DNA of 64,000 bases from the NCBI GenBank assembly GCA_035637095.1, contig DASPXX010000232.1, positions 1,741-65,740 on the forward strand, in the 5' to 3' direction. Origin of the DNA: Thermoanaerobaculia bacterium (GTDB taxonomy: Bacteria > Acidobacteriota > Thermoanaerobaculia > Multivoradales > UBA5704). Numbering within the stretch: position 1 is the first letter of the stretch; each line of letters opens with the position of its first letter. Under the pieces are notes generated by a model, which made no database searches, had not been told where the DNA came from, and saw only the letters and a program-made list of their open reading frames with translations. The translations under genes were made by a program, and so were the position numbers. Below are positions 19,601-28,539 of this stretch, one piece after another.

Positions 19601-19906
19601 GCGCGGCAGGCGTTTGCCGACCGGGACATGTGGTACGACGTGGCGCTGATGGACCTGGAGATGGCGCCCCTGCTGCTGGCCGAGGGCGCGGTGGCCCAGG
19701 TGAAGCAGATGTCGGCGGAGCTTGTGGCTGTCTTCGAGGAGAAGGGCATCCACCGCGAAGCCCTGGCCGCCCTGAAGCTGTTCCACGAGGCGGCCGAGCG
19801 CGAACAGGCCACTGCCGAGCTGGCCCGGCGGGTGCTGGAGTTTCTGTTTCGGGCGCGGTGGGATGAGGGGTTGAGGTTCGGCGCCATCGCCCCGGCCGCC
19901 CGGTGA
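16601..19906 (+). CDS. Tandem in-frame fusion of two paralogous HTH + TPR-like receptor modules (module A 16601..~18055, repeat linker, module B from internal ATG 18470)
   Basis: GGGGGAGG SD before ATG 16601. Both halves share ...LDPGRLLDLDASLCRAER.FE.AL..., PRLWYK, MWYDVAL, GVHREALAAL.LFHEA, RRVL.(Y/F)LFRAR(Y/W)D.GLRF. There is no stop codon between the end of module A homology (~18055) and module B. Confidence 0.7.
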   Translation: MARGFRALKIWFLSIWHGVNQKQLGVRAGYKDEKKVSYLLGRPDIKDEDFEKLLAGTRCTPAEVELVTACLDGLQSAEANQALTEKELEEVERGIREGARFLRPLLSELAVETRWVPPLDVYPRPADLAPARFHAWRQWEILETMTEAEQLAVVRLNEDHHSWALMERACEASTEQASRDVERAASLARVAQEIADRVKGPEGWQTALRGYAAAFGPNVARVAGELKAARAGLEAAKQGWNAGSDPDRVLDPGRLLDLDASLCRAERQFEKALALLDEAYPVSRCPARILINKAFVREVMGEYGRAIEILLQAEPLIDRSAEPRLWYKHRASLAVNCCHVGDYRKAAVLADQAEPLARELGDELEVIRLGWLHGRVAAGLGHREEARQLLEQAAREFGARGMWYDVALVQMDVASLLIEEGRAGEVKALARELVKIFAAKGVHREALAALRLFHEAVQRDEATAALARRVLDYLFRARYDQGLRFTLTEGRGLTVRVEPEAFIGGEAVGIEPDAFIGSGAATGIEPAAFIGGEAVGIEPEADIGFGAPERRDEAPEPIPESRLAGRRGEERPGEDDCGERWAHRKVSCAAPASSHHGPRGPRLPDILRQEPAKNPTLLPVEGGMTWKNKVVRLVRALSGQSQERFSEITKVDLRNFDRYEQGRSQPGAETLERVARRGYGLEVQEAEEVLRFAESLRRPRQRSGQTVEVLVDDLAFLVSRVYQRLLRLPLERAFPGPEDPRHIETLWSLLKDLPENQQRAVVQAGTKFQNWALAIRAGEESVSQASRDLEHAASLARLAQWIADLVPGPESWRNCVRGLAAGYGPNVLRVAGDLEAARVGMELARQLWATGSDPAGLLDPGRLLDLDASLCRAERRFEDALARLKEALAVGRNKGRILVNKGFTLEVMGDYKGAVEALLEAEHHIDRNADPRLWYKQQGNLIANYSLTGRFQEATELIRQVRPVVEELGDQHELLRLTGLEGRCAAGQGRSAAAVLLLTEARQAFADRDMWYDVALMDLEMAPLLLAEGAVAQVKQMSAELVAVFEEKGIHREALAALKLFHEAAEREQATAELARRVLEFLFRARWDEGLRFGAIAPAAR
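18077..18349 (-). CDS. Candidate secreted repeat peptide (90 aa) encoded antisense to the A-B linker
   Basis: ATG 18349 preceded by AGGAGA (about 6-nt spacer). MRPTFAAVVLAGSLLASSAG is signal-peptide-like. It is followed by 4 repeats G(L/I/C)(G/R)FDP(D/S/N)G with DNA periods 39/42/39 nt (multiples of 3). Stop TAG at 18077. Confidence 0.4.
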   Translation of the reverse strand: MRPTFAAVVLAGSLLASSAGQPALWDRLWSLVSSLWSAEADVGLGFDPDGLTSDEGCRFDPSGCPRTDEGIGFDPDGLTSDEGLGFDPNG

Positions 19907-19930
19907 GGGCTGGCGCCTCCCGCCCCCCAT

Positions 19931-20441
19931 GAAGCCAGTCTGGTCGAAGCCGACTTCAGTCGGATCCAACCCGACTCCTCTCTTCTTGGACAGGAAAGCC
20001 GTCGGGTCCGACCCGACTCCTCGCTTGTTGAACGAGAAGCCAGTCTGGTCGAAGCTGACTCCAGTCGGGTCCAACCCGACTCCTCTCTTCTTGAACAGGA
20101 AAGCCGTCGGGTCCGACCCGACTCCTCTCTTGTTGAACGGGAAAGGAGTCGGGTCCAACCCGACCGCGCTCCCGTTGAACGGGAAAGGGGTCGGGTCCAA
20201 CCCGACTGCGCTCCCGTTGAACAGGAAAGGAGTCGGGTCGAACCCTACTGCGCTCCCGTTGAACGAGAAAGAAGTCGGGTTGAACCCGACCGTGCTCCCG
20301 TTGAACGAGAAAGGAGTCGGGTCGAACCCGACCGCGCTCCCGTTGAACGAGAAAGAAGTCGGGTTGAACCCGACCGTGCTCCTGTTGAGCGGGAAAGGAG
20401 TCGGGTTGAACCCGACTGCGCTCCCGTTGAACGGGAAAGGC
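19931..20441. repeat. Tandem hairpin repeat array: 2 x 105-bp units then 7 x 42-bp units, 11 copies of GTCGGGT-NNN-ACCCGAC
   Basis: Hairpin cores at 19959, 20001, 20064, 20106, 20148, 20190, 20232, 20274, 20316, 20358, 20400. The 42-bp unit is GTCGGGTyyrACCCGACyGyGCTCCCGTTGAACGrGAAAGrr and contains a second 7-1-7 palindrome TCCCGTT-G-AACGGGA. Confidence 0.9.
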
Positions 20442-20597
20442 ACCATCGCGGTCGCAAGAGACTCCTGGGAGGCCGAGAGCGGCCGCCTCCGGCAGAGCGA
20501 GAGCCCCAGCGTGCCGGTCGTGATCCCCCACGTACGGCTCGATTTCCCCATCGTGCCGGTCCCGTTCCCCGGCGTACCGCTCGCCGGTACAGCGTAC

Positions 20598-21002
20598 CTA
20601 CGATTCCACTCCGCCTGTCCGGGTGTACTCGCGCATCCGGGGGTAGAGCGGTGTCAGCGCGGTGATCCTGCATTCGTCGTCTTCGAACGAGTAGGTCGTG
20701 GCGAAGTCCTCGTAGCTACGAGCTCGCCAGAGGCGGCCTTCCGGATCGACGACGAGAGAATGCCCGATACCGCCGCGGAAGATTCGCGATCCGTCCGTGC
20801 CCGTGAACACCGTGCATGTCCACGGCCGCTCTTGCGGGTGCGCTGCTATGAAGGACTCGATTTCGTGGACCAGCCGTTCGAAGAGCGCGGCCCGATCTGA
20901 CACCGGGGCAGCCAGCGTGGTCGCAATCGCGCGGCTGAGCAGCTCGTCTGCCGGCGACGTCAGTACGCCGGACTGGAGCGGTAGTTGGTCGTCGGCCCGC
21001 AT
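20598..21002 (-). CDS. Hypothetical protein (134 aa from ATG 21002; TTG 21053 alternative)
   Basis: Open frame with coding-like composition. No recognisable motif and no SD. Confidence 0.45.
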   Translation of the reverse strand: MRADDQLPLQSGVLTSPADELLSRAIATTLAAPVSDRAALFERLVHEIESFIAAHPQERPWTCTVFTGTDGSRIFRGGIGHSLVVDPEGRLWRARSYEDFATTYSFEDDECRITALTPLYPRMREYTRTGGVES

Positions 21003-21018
21003 TCGTGCACGGGAAGCA

Positions 21019-21059
21019 GTCGGGTCCACCTCTACTGCGCTCCTGTCAAGCAAGGAAGG
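21019..21059. repeat. Degenerate solo copy of the 42-bp hairpin unit
   Basis: gtcgggtccacctctactgcgctcctgtcaagcaaggaagg versus array unit gtcgggtccaacccgactgcgctcccgttgaacaggaaagg. Confidence 0.55.
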
Positions 21060-21509
21060 TCACCAGGCTTCGTCTTCAGCTCGACTCGGCGCTCGAAGAC
21101 CCCAGAGGATGAGCACCAGCGCGACCAAAACCGTGGGTGCTGCCGAATACAGCACCACTTTGATGACGATCTCCTGAGCGGGACTGCCGTGAGCCCCTCC
21201 GGCCGCCAACGGGATCGTTGAGTTACCCACTCCCCAGATCGCCGCCAGAACGTAGGGGACCAGCGTGGCAAATGCCGAGTAGACGAACGACCACCACGCG
21301 ACTCGCGACATCGCTGTCCCGAGATTCAACTTCGGCCACAGGAGGCCGAACGCCAGTAACATCACGCTCTGCAACGCGCTGAGCGTATGGACGGACAACC
21401 CGAGCCTCGGGAACGGGAAGAATGGGATGACGAAGCCTTCAACCGAGCAAAAGATGAGGAGCGCGACGCCGATTTGAAGAAGCCTGCGACCCTGGCGCGT
21501 CGTTGTCAT
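21060..21509 (-). CDS. Small integral membrane protein (about 4 TM)
   Basis: Four hydrophobic spans (LLQIGVALLIFCSVEGFVIPFF, ALQSVMLLAFGLLW, VAWWSFVYSAFATLVPYVLAAIW, VVLYSAAPTVLVALVLILW). Family not assigned. Confidence 0.65.
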   Translation of the reverse strand: MTTTRQGRRLLQIGVALLIFCSVEGFVIPFFPFPRLGLSVHTLSALQSVMLLAFGLLWPKLNLGTAMSRVAWWSFVYSAFATLVPYVLAAIWGVGNSTIPLAAGGAHGSPAQEIVIKVVLYSAAPTVLVALVLILWGLRAPSRAEDEAW

Positions 21510-21523
21510 CGTCTCCTCTCCCA

Positions 21524-21561
21524 GTCAGACAGCCCTACTGTACTCCCGTCGAGCGGGATGG
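21524..21561. repeat. Second, weaker degenerate solo copy of the 42-bp unit in the divergent promoter region
   Basis: gtcagacagccctactgtactcccgtcgagcgggatgg shares ccctactg / ctcccgt / ga.cggga with array unit 7. Confidence 0.4.
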
Positions 21562-21587
21562 TCACCGTTTGCTACAAAATAGGCCGC

Positions 21588-22856
21588 ATGGAAGCGCTCG
21601 ACGTCGCCGTGATCGGAGCCGGCGCTGCCGGCCTGGCCGTCGCGGACGAGCTCCACCGCAAGGGCTTCTCCCTGGCGGTCTTCGAAGCCCGCGACCGCAT
21701 CGGCGGACGCATCCTGACGCACCGGGACGCCCGGGTGCCCCTGCCGATCGAGCTCGGACCCGAGCTCATCCACGGCGAGGCCCCCGAGACCCGGCGCATC
21801 CTCCGCGAGGCCGGACGCCTCGCCATCGCGGTAGAAGGAGACTCCTGGGAGGCCGAGAGCGGCCGCCTCCGGCGGAGCGAAAGCCCGTGGAAGGACATCG
21901 ACCGGCTGCTCCAGAAGATCGACACGTCCGGCCCGGACCTCTCGTTCGCCGACTTCCTCGCCCGCCGACCCGGCGGCAAGTCCCTGGCCCAGGCCCGCGA
22001 AAGCGTCCGCCGGTTCGTCCAGGGGTTCCACGCCGCGGACGTCGAGCAGATCAGCGCGTGCTCCCTGGCGGGAAGCGACAGCGGCGAGGCGCGCGACGCC
22101 GGCCGTGTGCTGGGGGGCTACGATCAGGTCCCCGCCTGGCTGGCGCGAGACCTGGGGGACGCCATCCGGCTCGGCTGTCCCGTCACCGGGATCGACTGGG
22201 AACCGGGACAGGTCGAGCTGACCCTGGGGACCGGCGAGCGCGTCCGCGCCCGGGCGGCGGTGGTGACCGTCCCGCTCGGGATTCTCCAGGCACCGCCGGA
22301 CGCACCCGGCGCGATCCGCTTCCGGCCCGAGGTGCCGCGCCTGTCGAAGACTCTCGGCCGGCTCGCCATGGGCAGCGTCCTTCGCCTCGTCTTCTGGTTC
22401 CGCGAAGCTCCATGGAAGGTCGACCGTCTGGGGTTCCTCTTCACTGGAGACGAGACCTTCCGCACCTGGTGGACGGCCTACCCGCTTCTCGCGCCGCTCG
22501 CCGTCTGCTGGTCCGGTGGCCCGCCGGCCGCGGGGCTCACCGGCGTACCGGTTGACGAGATCGCCGGCCGCGCCCTCCGCACCCTCGCCACCCACCTCGG
22601 CCTCCCCCGCCGTCGCGTCGAGTCGCGCGTCCTCGACTTCTGGATGCACGACTGGCAGACCGATCCCTGGTCGCGAGGAGGCTACAGCTATCCCCGGGTG
22701 GGAGGCGCGCACGCTGCGCAAGCCCTCGCCCGGCCCATCAAGAAGACCCTGTTCTTCGCCGGCGAGGCCACGGCCGGGGAGGGAGAGAACGGGACGGTGG
22801 AGGGGGCTCTCGCCTCCGGACAGAGGGTGGCGCGGCAGGTGAGCCGGGCGTTATAA
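21588..22856 (+). CDS. FAD-dependent amine oxidase (flavin monoamine/polyamine oxidase family)
   Basis: DVAVIGAGAAGLAVADEL...FEARDRIGGR dinucleotide fold. C-terminal LFFAGEATAGEGENGTVEGALASGQRVA. Start MEALD by codon count. Confidence 0.9.
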   Translation: MEALDVAVIGAGAAGLAVADELHRKGFSLAVFEARDRIGGRILTHRDARVPLPIELGPELIHGEAPETRRILREAGRLAIAVEGDSWEAESGRLRRSESPWKDIDRLLQKIDTSGPDLSFADFLARRPGGKSLAQARESVRRFVQGFHAADVEQISACSLAGSDSGEARDAGRVLGGYDQVPAWLARDLGDAIRLGCPVTGIDWEPGQVELTLGTGERVRARAAVVTVPLGILQAPPDAPGAIRFRPEVPRLSKTLGRLAMGSVLRLVFWFREAPWKVDRLGFLFTGDETFRTWWTAYPLLAPLAVCWSGGPPAAGLTGVPVDEIAGRALRTLATHLGLPRRRVESRVLDFWMHDWQTDPWSRGGYSYPRVGGAHAAQALARPIKKTLFFAGEATAGEGENGTVEGALASGQRVARQVSRAL

Positions 22857-23252
22857 AAACCGCCCCCGCAGCTCCGGCGTTGGCAACCAGCAGCTCTCCA
22901 TCTTCCCAAACCACCGGTACCGGTTCCGGGCGATCCACCGGTAGACCGCGTCGCGCAGCGGCCGGGGAATCACAACAAAGACCCGCAGCAGCTTCCACGC
23001 TCCCGGCAGGTGCCGCGCGATGCGGAGTGCTGCGGAGCTCTCTTCGTAGGCCCGCCCGTCTTCGATCAAAATCACGCTGCTCAGGGCGTCCGGGTCGAGC
23101 CCGTGGTCGGTCATCAGGCTCCTTCCAGCCTCGGATTGCAGCGAGGCGAAGCGGAACAGCCCCTGCGAATCTCGCTTGAGGATGAACTGGACCGACCCGC
23201 TGCAGAGATTGCAGACGCCGTCGAAGAGGACGATGGGATGGATCTCGGGCAT
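22851..23252 (-). CDS. Thiol-disulfide oxidoreductase DCC family protein (DUF393)
   Basis: VLFDGVCNLCSGSVQFILKRD CxxC N-terminus typical of the DCC family. Confidence 0.85.
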   Translation of the reverse strand: MPEIHPIVLFDGVCNLCSGSVQFILKRDSQGLFRFASLQSEAGRSLMTDHGLDPDALSSVILIEDGRAYEESSAALRIARHLPGAWKLLRVFVVIPRPLRDAVYRWIARNRYRWFGKMESCWLPTPELRGRFL

Positions 23253-23253
23253 T

Positions 23254-25482
<2,229 letters not shown>

Positions 25483-25503
25483 CGCCGATCTCCGGCGCAG
25501 GAG

Positions 25504-25746
25504 CTAATTCTCCTCGGCTCCAGCCGCCCGTGGGGAGACGACCGATCCGCGTCCCCCATGGACCTCCGCCGAAGCCTCGGCGGCGATGTCCTCCAGGTCT
25601 TCCTTAACCTCGGAGGCGAGCTGCTGGATCTGGGTGCCGACCACCATCCCCGCCTTGACGACCTCCTTGACGGCAGGTCGCAGGACCTTCCGGACCTGCG
25701 GCGAGAACAGCACCCCGGCGACGAACCCAAGCGCGACGTTCCACAT
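25504..25746 (-). CDS. Small membrane-anchored protein, DUF5132-like
   Basis: One N-terminal TM (VALGFVAGVLF) then PQVRKVLRPAVKEVVKAG...acidic tail. Family assignment is from memory only. Confidence 0.55.
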   Translation of the reverse strand: MWNVALGFVAGVLFSPQVRKVLRPAVKEVVKAGMVVGTQIQQLASEVKEDLEDIAAEASAEVHGGRGSVVSPRAAGAEEN

Positions 25747-25782
25747 GGTTCAGGCCCTTTCTCAATCTCCGATCGATTCACT

Positions 25783-26538
25783 CTAGCGTCCGCCGGGAGG
25801 GTCTGTCAACGCGATCCCCTCCAGCACCCCCGCGGCCCCGCGGCCCGCGGCGATATAGACGTGCGGCAACCGCTCCCGGACCTCCGCCTTGAAGGCTTCC
25901 GGGGCATTGCCGACGAGAATCGCATGCGGGCACTCCGCCAGGAGCCCACGGTCGACCTCGTTGTCCCCGGCCACCAGGATGTCGCCCGCCGAGACTCCCA
26001 GGCGCTCCGCCAGGATCCGGAGCGCCACCTCCTTGCCGGAGCCCGCGGGGACCACGTGGAGATATTTCGGCGGCACGAAGTCGACCCGCGCACGAACGCC
26101 TGCGGCCTCGAGCTGCCGCGCCAGGAGCTCCCGCACCTCGACCTGCTCGTCTTCGTCGACGTAGAACGACTTCTTGTACCTCCCGGAGCGCTCCGGAGGT
26201 CGCGGCCGGAGCTGCGGCAGCCCGGCAGCGAGGCGCTCGACGAGCGGTCGATCCCAATCGCGCCACACGAATCCGTCCGGCACCTCTCGCAGCCCGTCTC
26301 CCTTCCAGGCATGAAGAACGGTGCCGAGCTCCGCGAGGAGGAAGTCCGGCCGGGGGATCACCCCATCAGCGACGAATTGCTGAACCTCCGAGGGTCCACG
26401 GCCAGTGGCATAGACCAACCGGGTGCCGGCGGCCTGGGCGTCCGCGAGAAGCGCACGAAGCTCCGCCAGCGGCCCGGGATCGCTTTCCGGAACGATCAGC
26501 GTGCCGTCGAGATCGAGACAGACGAGGGCGACCTCCAC
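25783..26538 (-). CDS. HAD-IIB family hydrolase (sugar-phosphate phosphatase-like)
   Basis: CLDLDGTL motif I, YATGRG, GSGKEVAL, VAGDNEVD motif IV. GTG 26538 by codon count. Confidence 0.8.
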   Translation of the reverse strand: MEVALVCLDLDGTLIVPESDPGPLAELRALLADAQAAGTRLVYATGRGPSEVQQFVADGVIPRPDFLLAELGTVLHAWKGDGLREVPDGFVWRDWDRPLVERLAAGLPQLRPRPPERSGRYKKSFYVDEDEQVEVRELLARQLEAAGVRARVDFVPPKYLHVVPAGSGKEVALRILAERLGVSAGDILVAGDNEVDRGLLAECPHAILVGNAPEAFKAEVRERLPHVYIAAGRGAAGVLEGIALTDPPGGR

Positions 26539-26575
26539 GTTCCTATTCGTCCTCTCCGGCGATCTCGTCCGGGAC

Positions 26576-27025
26576 TCAGCCGTCGATGTCTTGCCAGAGA
26601 TCCGCGGGCGCAAACCGGCGGAGATGTCCGATATTCGTCGTGGCGATGACTACATCGACCTTTCCGAGGACGGCTGCCTGACCGGCCAGAATCATGTCGC
26701 CATCGATGGTTTTGTCCCCAGCCGTCGGCTGGCCCTGCTGGCGGGCCTGCTCCCAGAGCTTCGCGGCTTGCCGCATGGCGGCTGTCGTGAGCGGTAGGTA
26801 TTCGAGAAGCTCTCCCAGAACATCGAGTCGCTCGATGCCCTTCAGCTTGTTGGCGCGCAGCAGCTCGCGGCGCACCTCGTAGTCGGCAATTTCGGGCAAC
26901 AGGACTCGAATCCGGCGGCTCACCAGGCTCTGGAGCCACTCTGCACAAGCCACACTCTGAGGAGAAAGATTTGGATTCGTCACGAGCCCAAGCGGACCCG
27001 CGTCGAGCAAGACGATCCGGCTCAC
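26576..27025 (-). CDS. PIN-domain toxin (VapC-like)
   Basis: IVLLDAGPL... and IATTNIGHLRRF. 4-nt GTGA overlap with the upstream small gene. Confidence 0.8.
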   Translation of the reverse strand: MSRIVLLDAGPLGLVTNPNLSPQSVACAEWLQSLVSRRIRVLLPEIADYEVRRELLRANKLKGIERLDVLGELLEYLPLTTAAMRQAAKLWEQARQQGQPTAGDKTIDGDMILAGQAAVLGKVDVVIATTNIGHLRRFAPADLWQDIDG

Positions 27026-27303
27026 CAGGTCGTGCCTTCAAGGTCGGCGGGAAAGAGCTTCCGATCGGAGAGGCGATCTTCGTCCAGGGCATGGACCAGG
27101 TACTTGCCCGTCTCCCTTTGCTCTTCGGTGTCTCCGTCGATCCAGGACTGGAGAAGCGAGACCAGCTCGGCCTTCCGGTCCTCGACGGGAAGGTGTTGGT
27201 CCAGAAGCTCGATCGTCAAGGTTTCAACCGGTACACCTCGCCGGTCGGCCTCTCGACCCAATCGCTGTTCCAACTCCGGATTCAGCTCGATCTTCAGCGT
27301 CAT
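27022..27303 (-). CDS. Cognate antitoxin (93 aa) of the PIN toxin
   Basis: Small acidic protein directly upstream and overlapping the PIN gene. Position-based call. Confidence 0.6.
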   Translation of the reverse strand: MTLKIELNPELEQRLGREADRRGVPVETLTIELLDQHLPVEDRKAELVSLLQSWIDGDTEEQRETGKYLVHALDEDRLSDRKLFPADLEGTTW

Positions 27304-27375
27304 GCAAAGCCGCTCCTGATTCGTCTCTTCACGACTATTCTACTCCTGTTCCTTGTCCAACACCCCTCCGCTCCC

Positions 27376-28539
27376 TCATGCGCGGATCCGGCAGCCCCAG
27401 CGCGCCTCCTCCGGGGCCGCCCGCCAGTCGCGCTCGAAGTCCTGGAAGGTGCGGCTGATCTCGTCCTCGCTCAGGTCCCGGTTCTCGACCACCAGCGCGA
27501 AGTCGTAGCGCTCGACGTAGGAGCCGAAGAAGTCGCGGTGGCACTGGAGGACGTACTCGGGCGTTTTGGGGAAGTTGCGGCCCGTCCCCCGCTCCCGCAC
27601 CCGGCGCTGGCAGGTGTCGAGGTCGGCGTGGACCCGCACCAGGAGGGAACGGTACGCCTCGCTGAGGGAGCGGATCAGCTCGATATCGTGCGGATGGCGG
27701 CCGCCCGACTCGAACACGACCGGCACATCGCTCGCGGCCAGCTCGGCGCGCACGTGGTCCTCGAACGCCTGGTACGCCTCCGGCAGCTTGGCGTAGATCT
27801 CCTCGATCGTGGCGTAGCGCGCCTTCCAGAACTCCTCGACCGGGAGGAAGCGGTAGCCGAGACGGCTCGCGAGACACCGGCCGACCGTCGACTTGCCCAC
27901 GCCATTGGGGCCGATCAGGATGAGGAGGTCGAGGTCCCGCGAGGGTTCGGACGGGCGGGAGATCCTGGCGACGATCTCCTCCGCCACCTCTTCCGGACGC
28001 CGCTCTTCCACATAGATCGGTTTGCGGAGGAGCTGCCGGTACGAGGGGTGGGCGAGATAGGCGCGGTTCAGCCGCAGCAGAGCCGCCGTGCGCTCCTCGG
28101 CATCCTCCGGGTCCGCGCGTTTGCGGATGCGCTCGTCGAGGATCGCCAGCGTGCGCTCGGGATCGCGCGACGGCAGGATGAGAAAGGAATTGCGGAGCGG
28201 TGCGAACAGCGCCTGCGCCCGCTCCAGCAGGCCGGGATCGAGATAGCACGCATGGCCGGCGCCGAGATCGATCACGCAGTCGTGGAGCTCCGCCAGCATG
28301 CGCTCCACCGCATAGAGGTCGTAGGGCTTGTTGGCAGAGGCACGCCCTTCCGTGCCCCCTTGCCGCTGCGCCCTCCTGGCGGCGACGGCGTCGTAACCTC
28401 TTTCATAGTAGAACCACGTCTTGATGCTGTCCGCCACATAGCAGGGCAGGCCGAGCCGCTCCGCCACCGCCAGACTCAAGGTCGACTTGCCGGCGGCGAT
28501 CGGACCGGCGAGGACGATCTGGTCGAAGCTCAGGCCCAC
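27376..28539 (-). CDS. Tandem P-loop kinase-like protein (two AAA/shikimate-gluconate-kinase-like modules)
   Basis: Two Walker A loops (LAGPIAAGKST and LIGPNGVGKST). GTG 28539 overlaps the NRPS stop. The rest of track ORF 27376..30639 is an out-of-frame overlap of the NRPS. Confidence 0.75.
   Translation of the reverse strand: MGLSFDQIVLAGPIAAGKSTLSLAVAERLGLPCYVADSIKTWFYYERGYDAVAARRAQRQGGTEGRASANKPYDLYAVERMLAELHDCVIDLGAGHACYLDPGLLERAQALFAPLRNSFLILPSRDPERTLAILDERIRKRADPEDAEERTAALLRLNRAYLAHPSYRQLLRKPIYVEERRPEEVAEEIVARISRPSEPSRDLDLLILIGPNGVGKSTVGRCLASRLGYRFLPVEEFWKARYATIEEIYAKLPEAYQAFEDHVRAELAASDVPVVFESGGRHPHDIELIRSLSEAYRSLLVRVHADLDTCQRRVRERGTGRNFPKTPEYVLQCHRDFFGSYVERYDFALVVENRDLSEDEISRTFQDFERDWRAAPEEARWGCRIRA

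Noticed and set aside
19931-20441. CRISPR array?
   Set aside because: The whole 42-bp unit repeats with no unique spacers between repeats, and no cas genes or leader are present. It is a tandem repeat, not a CRISPR.
19929-20900. 323-aa plus-strand repeat protein (VGSNPTALPLNGK x n) and the 447-aa minus-strand ORF 19208..20551 (SAVGFDPTPFSFNG x n)
   Set aside because: Both exist only because the 42-bp period keeps every frame open. Each runs far into a neighbouring gene on the opposite strand, and neither has an SD or signal sequence. Differences between units show no clear synonymous bias in either frame.
19907-21587. Integron-like gene cassettes (small ORFs separated by imperfect palindromes; GTTGAAC fits the GTTRRRY attC core)
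   Set aside because: No integron integrase, attI or Pc promoter is in the window. The palindromes are much shorter than attC sites. The ORFs are on the strand opposite to what a cassette array read from the receptor side would need. It is kept only as a remote possibility within the hairpin-array finding.
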